This document shows, piece after piece, positions 6,580-14,352 of a stretch of 24,000 nucleotides of DNA. The translations under genes and the position numbers were made by a program. Every line of letters starts with the position of its first letter. The first letter of the stretch is position 1. Below the pieces are notes generated by a model. The model was not told the origin of the DNA. It did not search any database and saw nothing but the letters and a program-made list of their open reading frames with translations. The DNA lies in contig CALMBF010000155.1 in NCBI GenBank assembly GCA_937860145.1, positions 123,719 through 147,718 on the forward strand. Direction: 5' to 3'. Source of the DNA: an uncultured Geobacter sp. (GTDB lineage: Bacteria; Desulfobacterota; Desulfuromonadia; Geobacterales; DSM-12255).

Positions 6580-8082
6580 ATGTTGAAACGAATAGTATCG
6601 GGAATAGTCGGCGTCATTGCCATCGCTGCCTCTGCATTCGCTGCCGACGTGACACTGAAGAGCCGGCTCGATCCGGTGATTGACCGTGCCATCAAGGATG
6701 AGCGGATTGTCGGCACGGTCGTTCTGGTCGCCAGGGATGGAAAACTGATTTACAAAAAGGCGGCCGGACTTGCCGATCGCGAGGCCAGGCGACCCGTGAC
6801 CCTGGATACGCAATTCCGTCTGGCGTCCCTGACCAAACCGATCGTTGCCGCGGCAACGGTTGCCCTGGCCGATGCGGAAATCTTCCGGCTCGACGATCCG
6901 GTGACCAGATGGTATCCGGAGTTCAAGCCGAAACTTGCCGACGGCAGGGAGCCGGATGTGACGGTTTATCAGCTGCTCTCCCACACTGCCGGACTCGGGT
7001 ACGGTTATCTGGAGTCAGGCAAAGGCCCTTACCACCAGGCCGGAGTATCCGACGGCTTCGACCGTTCCGTACCGTCACTGGACGAGAACCTGAAACGCCT
7101 TGCCAAGGCGCCGCTGCTTTATGAGCCGGGCACGGGCTGGTCCTATTCCATTGGCTACGAACTGCTCGGCGGGGTTCTTGAAAACGCCGGCAAGGGTAGA
7201 CTGCCCGCGGTTTTGCAGCGGACGGTGACCAAGCCGCTCGGTCTCAAGGCAACAACATTCACCCCTGCTGACAAGAAGCGCGTCGCTGCCCAGTACGCCT
7301 TTGCCATTCCGCGGCCGAAGCGTCTGGCCGACAGCGACACCATTGACGTCGGCAAGAGTCCGCTCCCTGTTGCTCCCGGCCGTGTCTTCGACCGGAAGGC
7401 CTACCCGTCTGCAGGCGCCGGTCTGGTCGGTACCGCAGAAGACTATCTCAAATTCCTGGAAGCCATCCGTCAGGGCGGAACACCGATTCTGGACAGTGCG
7501 GCGGTCTATTCGTTTACGACCAATTCCCTCGGGCTGATTACTTCACCAGCCCTGGGCAAAGGCTGGGGATACGGCTACGGCGTGGCGGTCCTGAAGAACC
7601 AGGGACTGGCGGAGTCGCTGCACGGTGTGGGGACCTGGCGGCTCAGCGGTGAATACGGCAGCCACTTCTGGGTGGATCCGCAGGCCGGTCTGACCGTGGT
7701 CGTGTTGACCAATACCGCCGGCGCCGGGACCCAGGAGCGCTTCAGTGACGACATCACCCGGGCGGTGTACGGCCCGGAGCGGAAGATAGCTCAGCCGACC
7801 GTCGACGGTATCCCCGTCACCACTGTTGTCGAGGGGAAAGCCTATAAATTCGTCCCCGAGGCAGTCAATGCGGCCAGTTTCAGCATCGCCAACAAGCCGT
7901 CCTGGGCCGCTTTCGACGCTGCCAGCGGCGCCCTGACCGGCACGCCGAAGACAGAAGATGTTGGCACCTACGGCGACATCGTGATCACCGCCACCAACAG
8001 CAGTGGTTCAGCGTCTCTCCCCGGCTTTGCCTTAACCGTCGCACCCGTTCCGCCGCCGGCCGCACCGGTAGCCGCAAAATAG
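6580..8082 (+). CDS. Secreted serine hydrolase (beta-lactamase/class C-like esterase family) with a C-terminal Ig-like domain, 500 aa
   Basis: ATG at 6580, 7 nt after AGGAGG. Signal-peptide-like N-terminus; SxxK motif ASLTKP; the C-terminal roughly 90 aa (KPSWAAFDAASGALTGTP...GTYGDIVITATN) looks like a bacterial Ig/cadherin-like repeat; Pro/Ala tail. Confidence 0.8.
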   Translation: MLKRIVSGIVGVIAIAASAFAADVTLKSRLDPVIDRAIKDERIVGTVVLVARDGKLIYKKAAGLADREARRPVTLDTQFRLASLTKPIVAAATVALADAEIFRLDDPVTRWYPEFKPKLADGREPDVTVYQLLSHTAGLGYGYLESGKGPYHQAGVSDGFDRSVPSLDENLKRLAKAPLLYEPGTGWSYSIGYELLGGVLENAGKGRLPAVLQRTVTKPLGLKATTFTPADKKRVAAQYAFAIPRPKRLADSDTIDVGKSPLPVAPGRVFDRKAYPSAGAGLVGTAEDYLKFLEAIRQGGTPILDSAAVYSFTTNSLGLITSPALGKGWGYGYGVAVLKNQGLAESLHGVGTWRLSGEYGSHFWVDPQAGLTVVVLTNTAGAGTQERFSDDITRAVYGPERKIAQPTVDGIPVTTVVEGKAYKFVPEAVNAASFSIANKPSWAAFDAASGALTGTPKTEDVGTYGDIVITATNSSGSASLPGFALTVAPVPPPAAPVAAK

Positions 8083-8194
8083 CGGGAGCTGGTACGATGA
8101 TCGTTCATCGTTAATCCGGTGGTTGAGCGGTGGCGGAGGAGGCACGTCATGCGAACGGAGTCACCGCTCAACTACCGACTGTGGAGAATCGTTC

Positions 8195-9016
8195 GTGATA
8201 CAACTTGATCTGGACACCCGGCTCCTGGCCGAAAATTATGACGAGCTGAGCGACTACCAGTTCGACAATGGTCGACGTCTACTGGAACTGCTCGATATCC
8301 GGCCCAACTCACGGGTCCTCGACATCGGCTGCGGTACGGGCCGTCTCGGGCTCCTGGTCGCGGAGTCCCTTGGTGACGACGGAAGGCTCATCGGCATTGA
8401 CCCTCTGCCCGAGCGGATCAGGATCGCCTGCAGCAAGAAGGCCCCGGCCAATGCGCGCTTTCAGGTCGGGGTGGGTGAGGACCTCGGTTTTCTCGACTGC
8501 GAGAGCATTGATGTCGTCTTTCTGAGTGCGGTATTCCACTGGATTGCCAACAAGGAGAAAGCGCTGCGGGAAATAGCCCGGGTGCTCAAGCCGGGGGGAC
8601 GGATCGGCCTTACCACGGGAGCCAGGGAGTTGGCCCGGGAAGCAACGTACCGCAAGATTACGGATCGGGTTCTGCTTCGCCTACCGTACAACAAGGTAGT
8701 CAATATCGAGGATTATGTCTTTACCCGGCACGGCGTTACCGCAACCCAGCTGGTACAGCACTTCCTCGGCGCCAAGCTGGCCGTGCAGAGCGTCGACATC
8801 CGCAAGCGATGCAAGTATTTCCGCAGCGGGATGGAGATTGTCGATTTTCTTGAATCGAGCACCTTCGGCAACTATCTGCAGCATGTGCCCGGCAACTTGC
8901 GGGAGGATGCCCGACGTGAGATCATTCTCGAGTTCGATAGCCTGAAGGCCGGTGGCCAGGTCGAGTTTACCGGGTTCACCATCTTTGCCGTGGCGGAGAA
9001 GCCGCTGGTGGATTGA
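8195..9016 (+). CDS. Class I SAM-dependent methyltransferase, paralog 1, 273 aa
   Basis: GTG at 8195 after GGAGAA. Motif I is VLDIGCGTGRLG. It aligns end to end (roughly half the residues identical by eye) with 16353..17171. The upstream part of the track ORF (from 8123) is unsupported. Confidence 0.8.
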   Translation: MIQLDLDTRLLAENYDELSDYQFDNGRRLLELLDIRPNSRVLDIGCGTGRLGLLVAESLGDDGRLIGIDPLPERIRIACSKKAPANARFQVGVGEDLGFLDCESIDVVFLSAVFHWIANKEKALREIARVLKPGGRIGLTTGARELAREATYRKITDRVLLRLPYNKVVNIEDYVFTRHGVTATQLVQHFLGAKLAVQSVDIRKRCKYFRSGMEIVDFLESSTFGNYLQHVPGNLREDARREIILEFDSLKAGGQVEFTGFTIFAVAEKPLVD

Positions 9017-9040
9017 ACCGCCGGCAAGCCGGGAGCTCAA

Positions 9041-10006
9041 GTGGATCATTTATCAGAAAGTATAGTCACGGCAGGTGAAACAGGAGTTGAATCCGTTTTC
9101 ATGGAGGATGAGCCCATCTCGTTACGCAGGGAAAACCGGACATTAGCCTATCTGGCACTTTTTTCCGGCGTTCTCTGCATCAGCGGCTCTGCCCTTTTCG
9201 TCAAGCTGGCCGCTGTCCCCGGCCCGGTGTCGGCCTTTTACCGCTTTCTGTTCACCGGTATTGTCCTGATACCCTGGTGGCTCGGCAGCGGTTCGTCCCG
9301 ACCGGACCGGTCGCAGCTCTGGCTATCTATCGCCGGCGGTCTGTTTCTCGGGCTGGACCTCTTCCTCTGGAACACCAGTATCATGCTCACCACTGCCTCG
9401 ACTGCCACCCTGCTGGGTAACAATGCGCCGATCTGGGTAGGCATCGGTGCGTCGCTTGTCTTCAAAGAGAAGCTGACCGGCCGCTACTGGTCCGGTCTGT
9501 CTCTCGCTCTGCTGGGAATGGTGCTGGTACTCGGGGCAGGAAACTGGCACTTGCCCGCAAGCAGCCGTGGGGACTTCCTGGCGGTTGCCGCCGGGTTTTT
9601 CTACGGCGCCTACCTGCTGACAACACAGAAAGCCCGCTCTATCGCGAATACCCTTACCTTCATGACCTTCTCGGTGGTGACGGGGGGGCTTTTGCTGCTG
9701 ATTCTAACCCTTGTCATGGGACTTCCCCTGACGGGCTACAGCGGCAGTTCCTGGTCCTATCTGGTTGCCTTGGCCCTGATATCACATCTCGGCGGCTGGC
9801 TGGGGGTCAACTATGCCCTGGGTTATCTGAAAGCCTCGGTGGTGTCGGTGTCGCTACTGTCTCAGGTCGTGGTCACGGTAGTTCTGGCCATGCCTCTTTT
9901 GGGTGAGCGGCTGAGCCTGCCGCAGCTGATCGGTGGTGGGCTGGTTCTCTCGGGTATCTACCTGGTCAACAGCCGGTGGTATAAAATTACAGAAAGGAGA
10001 ATCTAA
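9041..10006 (+). CDS. EamA/DMT-family transporter
   Basis: About ten hydrophobic segments with typical EamA repeat organisation. The start is uncertain (GTG at 9041 or ATG at 9101). Confidence 0.75.
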   Translation: MDHLSESIVTAGETGVESVFMEDEPISLRRENRTLAYLALFSGVLCISGSALFVKLAAVPGPVSAFYRFLFTGIVLIPWWLGSGSSRPDRSQLWLSIAGGLFLGLDLFLWNTSIMLTTASTATLLGNNAPIWVGIGASLVFKEKLTGRYWSGLSLALLGMVLVLGAGNWHLPASSRGDFLAVAAGFFYGAYLLTTQKARSIANTLTFMTFSVVTGGLLLLILTLVMGLPLTGYSGSSWSYLVALALISHLGGWLGVNYALGYLKASVVSVSLLSQVVVTVVLAMPLLGERLSLPQLIGGGLVLSGIYLVNSRWYKITERRI

Positions 10007-10545
10007 TGACCATGCTTGAACTGATAAGAAAACGCCGCAGTATTCGCACCTACACCGATGAGTCGATTGACCGGCAAACTCTTGAACTGCTGGTTGAAAC
10101 CCTGCTTAGAGCACCGTCGTCACGCAATAACCGCCCCTGGGAATTCATTGTGGTTGATGATCGGGACCTTCTGCAAAAGCTTTCGCTATCCAAGGCCCAC
10201 GGCTCTACCTTTCTAAAGGGCTCGCCTCTCGGAATCGTGGTCTGCGCCGACAGCACGAAATCCGATGTCTGGGTGGAGGACTGCTCTATCGCCGCAATCC
10301 TGGTGCAGATGACCGCCGAGTCTCTTGGATTGGGGAGTTGCTGGATTCAGATCCGCCAGCGTCCCCATGATGCTGACAGTTCAGCCGAGGCCTACGTTCA
10401 GCAGTTGCTAGGACTTCCGGAACATGTCAGGGTGGAATCTATCATTAGTATCGGCCATCCCCAGGAAAGACGGCCACCCTTGCGTGCCGACGAACTGCAG
10501 TATGACAAGGTGAAGCACAATCGTTACGACGAGCCGTTCAGTTGA
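10006..10545 (+). CDS. Nitroreductase-family flavoprotein, 179 aa
   Basis: RRSIRTYTDE...APSSRNNRPWEFIVV motif. The ATG overlaps the EamA stop (taATGa), suggesting translational coupling. Confidence 0.85.
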   Translation: MTMLELIRKRRSIRTYTDESIDRQTLELLVETLLRAPSSRNNRPWEFIVVDDRDLLQKLSLSKAHGSTFLKGSPLGIVVCADSTKSDVWVEDCSIAAILVQMTAESLGLGSCWIQIRQRPHDADSSAEAYVQQLLGLPEHVRVESIISIGHPQERRPPLRADELQYDKVKHNRYDEPFS

Positions 10546-10585
10546 TCATCTCCTAAAGGTAGTGTTTCGGGCAAACAATTAATAA

Positions 10586-10615
10586 TTGACGGGCAAACTG
10601 TTTTCGTGGTAATAA
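10586..10615 (+). promoter_or_regulatory. Candidate sigma70 promoter for the nifS-selD operon
   Basis: TTGACG-N17/18-GTAATA/TAATAA in an AT-rich gap, flanked by the direct repeat CGGGCAAAC at 10568-10576 and 10590-10598. Confidence 0.4.
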
Positions 10616-10658
10616 ATCTATAAACACGATAGATAATATAGTTACAAGGAGGGGCGCA

Positions 10659-12857
10659 GTGCATCCAGTGTATCTTGACTACAATGCAACTACTCCGGTT
10701 GACCCCCTGGTGGTTGATGAGCTGCTCCCCTGGTTGCAGGAAGGGTTCGGCAATCCATCCAGTAATCACCCGTACGGCCAGCGTGCCAAACATGCAGTGG
10801 AGCAGGCTCGTTCGCGGGTGGCGTCACTGCTTGGCGCGCATCCGGCGGAGATTATATTTACCAGCGGTGGTACCGAGGCAAACAATCAGGCGCTGATCGG
10901 GGTTGCCCTGGCCAACTGCGAGCGGGGTCGGCATATCATCACGTCGTCCATTGAACACCCGGCAGTCCTGAATCCGCTCCACTGGCTGGAGGGGCAGGGG
11001 TTCAACATCACCTATCTCCCCGTGGACAGCTCCGGACGGGTAGATCCGGAGACGTTGCGCCAGGCCATCACCTGCGAGACAATTCTCGTCAGCGTGATGC
11101 ATGCCAACAACGAGGTGGGGACTATCCAGCCGCTGGCCGAGATCGGCGCCATCGCCCGGGAACACGGCATTCTGCTGCACACCGATGCCGCCCAGTCGGT
11201 GGGGAAGATCCCGACGAGGGTGGATGAACTGGGGGTGGACCTGCTGACCATTGCCGGCCACAAGTTTTATGCCCCCAAGGGGATCGGCGCCCTCTATGTG
11301 CGCACGGGGGTGAAGATTGATCCCTACCTGCATGGCGCCGGACACGAAGGGGGCCGTCGGGCGGGGACCGAAAACGTCCCCTATATCGCCGCACTGGGTA
11401 AGGCGGCAGAACTGGCGGGCCAGCGGTTGGCCAGCGAAGGGGAGCGCATTCGTGAGCTGCGGGACCGCTTCCATGCCCGGCTGAACGAACTGGTTGACGG
11501 GGTCCTGCTGAATGGCCACCCCACCGAGCGCCTCCCCAACACTCTCAACATCAGCTTCAGCGACGTGGTCGGGGCTGATCTGCTGTCCCGTATTCCGGAG
11601 ATGGCCGCTTCCACCGGTTCGGCCTGTCATGACGGCAGCGGCGAGCTGTCCGGCGTGCTCAAGGCCATGGGGGTGCCACGGGAGCAGGGTTTCGGCGCCA
11701 TCCGCTTCAGCCTCGGCCGGCTTACCACCGCCGAGGAGCTGGAACGGGCAGCAGAGCTTGTTGCGACCAGGGTCAGGGAAATTCGCGCCATCCGGGGTGG
11801 TGTTTCCCATAATCACGTTCAGACCGGGCTCTCCGCCCTGGCTTCCTGCGCCGGTTGAGCGGCCAAGATAAGTCCTCAGGACCTGGCTCAAGTTTTGAGT
11901 CAGCTACCAAGCATTACCGACCCGAATGTACTCATCGGCACCAAAACCGCCGATGATGCCGCCGTTTACCGTGTGAACGATGATCTGGCCATCGTGCAGA
12001 CGGTGGACTACTTTACTCCGGTGGTGGACGACCCCTATCTGTTCGGCCAGATTACCGCTGCCAACTCCCTGTCCGATATCTATGCCATGGGGGCTACGCC
12101 TCTCTTTGCTCTGAACATAGCCGGGTTTCCATCCGATACGCTTCCCTTGGATGTTCTGGCCAGGATTCTCCAGGGGGGTGCTGACAAGGCGGCGGAAGCA
12201 GGCATCAGCATCATCGGCGGCCATACCATCAAGGATGCGGAGCCGAAATACGGCATGGCGGTCACCGCGGTGATCCATCCCGACCAGGTGATCAGTAACG
12301 CCGGGGCCAAACCGGGTGACCGGCTGATCCTCACCAAGCCGCTGGGAATCGGGATTATTACGACTGCCATGAAAAGCGGCAAGGTTACAGAAAAGACCGT
12401 TGCCGAAGTTGTCGCTGTCATGGCGAGTCTGAACAGGAGTGCCGCAGAGGCGATGGTTGTGGTCGGAGCCCATGCCTGCACCGACGTGACCGGTTTCGGA
12501 TTCCTCGGCCATCTTTCCGAAATGGTCCGTGGAAGCGGCGTCGGCGCGGTGATCAGCGTGTCGAGGGTGCCGGTGCTGGAAGAGGCCTGGAGTCTGGTGC
12601 GTGAGGGGATTGCTCCGGGCGGCAGCCGACGCAACCTGGAATTTTTGCGCGACCGGCTCACGGTAGAAACGGGTGTCAGCGAAGAGGAGCTGCTTGTCCT
12701 GGCCGATGCCCAGACCTCTGGCGGGTTGCTGATAGCATTGCCGGCAGACGACGTTGACCGGTTAGAGACGGAACTTGCCGGACGGGGTGTGACAGATGTT
12801 GCCGAAATCGGCGAGATTGTGGCCGATCCCGACAGCCGGATCACCCTGAGACCCTAG
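10659..12857 (+). CDS. selD: NifS-like cysteine desulfurase/selenocysteine lyase fused to selenophosphate synthetase; in-frame UGA (Sec) at 11856-11858; 732 aa
   Basis: GTG after AAGGAGG. The N-terminal domain has the PLP Lys context GHKFYAPKG and the active-site motif GSAC. Reading through the TGA gives ...SCAG-U-AAKISPQDLAQVL..., matching the SelD G-x-G-C/U-x-x-K-I-S-P active site. The rest is SelD-like (DDAAVY, VDYFTP, TDVTGFG). Confidence 0.8.
11859..11899 (+). other. Candidate SECIS-like stem-loop immediately 3' of the UGA
   Basis: GCCAagataaGTCCtcaGGACcTGGC at 11862-11887, followed by CTCAAgttTTGAG at 11887-11899. Confidence 0.4.
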
Positions 12858-12868
12858 GGATATCAGAC

Positions 12869-13645
12869 ATGGCAACCGGCTTGCAACTGGGCACCCTGTT
12901 CATGCTCGGCATGTCCGGAGGGTTTTTGTCCGGACTCCTGGGCATTGGCGGCGGCATTGTCATGCTGCCGCTCCTCATATCGCTGCCACAGTTAACGGGT
13001 TTTTCCATCGGTCTCCGTCCGGCTGTCGGGATTACCATGCTCCAGAGCCTGAGTGGATCCCTGTCGGGCATGCTGATCCATCGCAGGCACGATGTCTTCG
13101 ACGTTCCCCTTGCCCTCACGGTAGGGGTGTGCGCCGCTGCCGGATCAATGGGGGGAGCTCTCTTTTCCAGCCTGGTGAGTGAGCGGTGCATGGCGATCCT
13201 TTTTGCCGTGATGGCGTTAACAAGCCTGCTGCTTCTGCTCTTACCCGAATCCGGGGAGTTGCCATCAACTGATAGCACATGCCCGAAGCGCTTTCCTGCC
13301 GCATCGCTGCTGGGGGGTGGTGTCGGTTTTTGTGCCGGGATCATCGGCCAGGGGGGCGCATTCATCATCCTTCCCCTCTTGATTCATCTGCTGAAGGTAC
13401 CGGTGCGGACGGCAATCGGTACGACCGTCGCAGTCTCGTTTTTATCCGCAGCTGCCGGATTCATCGGTAAATGGAGCACCGGACAGGTCCCCCTGCTCTG
13501 GGGAGTCGCCGTGGCATCCGGAGCGCTGCTGGGGGGGCAGCTGGGGGGTATGGTCAGCCACCGGTTATCGACAATCACCCTGCGTCGAATCCTGTTCCTG
13601 GTGGTTGCGGTCAGCATGCTGCGTATATTTGCCCACGTCCTTTAG
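12869..13645 (+). CDS. TauE/SafE (DUF81) family anion exporter-like membrane protein, 258 aa
   Basis: Gly-rich TM1 (GGFLSGLLGIGGGIVMLPLL) and an internal repeat (GIIGQGGAFIILPLL) are typical of the TauE family. Confidence 0.75.
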   Translation: MATGLQLGTLFMLGMSGGFLSGLLGIGGGIVMLPLLISLPQLTGFSIGLRPAVGITMLQSLSGSLSGMLIHRRHDVFDVPLALTVGVCAAAGSMGGALFSSLVSERCMAILFAVMALTSLLLLLLPESGELPSTDSTCPKRFPAASLLGGGVGFCAGIIGQGGAFIILPLLIHLLKVPVRTAIGTTVAVSFLSAAAGFIGKWSTGQVPLLWGVAVASGALLGGQLGGMVSHRLSTITLRRILFLVVAVSMLRIFAHVL

Positions 13646-13699
13646 AAACCTTGCGGATTGCTATTGTCAGCGTAACTGAGACGTTAGCGGAGGTACTAC

Positions 13700-14287
13700 A
13701 TGCTTCTGTGGCACATCTTCATTCTCTTTACCCGGGTATCCCTGTTCTCCTGGGGAGGCGGACCTGCCTCCCTGGCGCTGATGCAACGGGAAACCACCAC
13801 TGCCCTCTGGAAGCCACCTGGTAGTGCCTCAACGTCTCCCTGGGTAACACCCCTGGAATTTTCCGATGCCGTGGCGGTGGGGAATGCACTTCCAGGACCG
13901 ATTGCACCCCAGGTTTCCGCCTATATTGGATATAAGATGGCCGGAGTGCCGGGTGCCGTCGCTGCTGCGGCCGGGACGGTACTGCCGACGACGATACTGA
14001 TGCTGTTCATGGTGGCCTGTTTTTTTCGCATCAAGGAGAGTCTGCTGGTCCAGTCCATGCTCCGGGCCGTCCGCCCGGTGGTGGTGGGACTGCTGCTCTG
14101 GACCGCCTATGACATGGCGATAACGGTTTTCGGGGTCAAACGGCTCGGGCTTGTGCAGTCGTTCTCCCTGGGATGGGATAAGCTGCTCATTGTGGCAGTG
14201 TCGTTTGCGGTACTGACCCTGACGGAAATCAATCCGGCCCTGGTTGTTCTGGTAGCGGCCGTAGCGGGCGGCGTGGTGTACCGTTGA
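13700..14287 (+). CDS. Chromate-transporter (CHR) family half-size protein, 195 aa
   Basis: FTRVSLFSWGGGPASLALMQRE and ...GNALPGPIAPQV... resemble short-chain ChrA proteins. Only one half-size gene is present. Confidence 0.7.
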   Translation: MLLWHIFILFTRVSLFSWGGGPASLALMQRETTTALWKPPGSASTSPWVTPLEFSDAVAVGNALPGPIAPQVSAYIGYKMAGVPGAVAAAAGTVLPTTILMLFMVACFFRIKESLLVQSMLRAVRPVVVGLLLWTAYDMAITVFGVKRLGLVQSFSLGWDKLLIVAVSFAVLTLTEINPALVVLVAAVAGGVVYR

Positions 14288-14352
14288 GGAACGTCAGTCG
14301 ACAGATGCGCAGCCGGGACAAAAGAAAAGCTTGGTGAGCAGGAGGGAGTTCT

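Noticed and set aside
6256-6984. Minus-strand 242-aa ORF spanning the leader B region, the tautomerase gene and the start of the hydrolase gene
   Set aside because: It crosses an intergenic regulatory region and two well-supported plus-strand genes, and its composition is not protein-like.
8123-8194. Upstream extension of methyltransferase 1 (MSGGGGGTSCERSH...), and the similar extensions 17313-17345 (alpha1) and 2460-2522 (alpha3)
   Set aside because: Paralog alignment and RBS positions support the internal starts at 8195, 17346 and 2459. The extensions overlap hairpin or terminator sequences.
10824-12844. Minus-strand ORFs 10824..11891 (355 aa), 11904..12512 and 12080..12844, antisense to nifS-selD
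   Set aside because: No motifs, biased composition, and complete overlap with a CDS that carries clear PLP and SelD signatures.
11895-12857. Stand-alone SelD starting at the TTG at 11895
   Set aside because: It would lack the essential N-terminal Cys/Sec-x-x-Lys active site. That motif is found in frame immediately upstream, across the TGA at 11856, so a read-through fusion is preferred.
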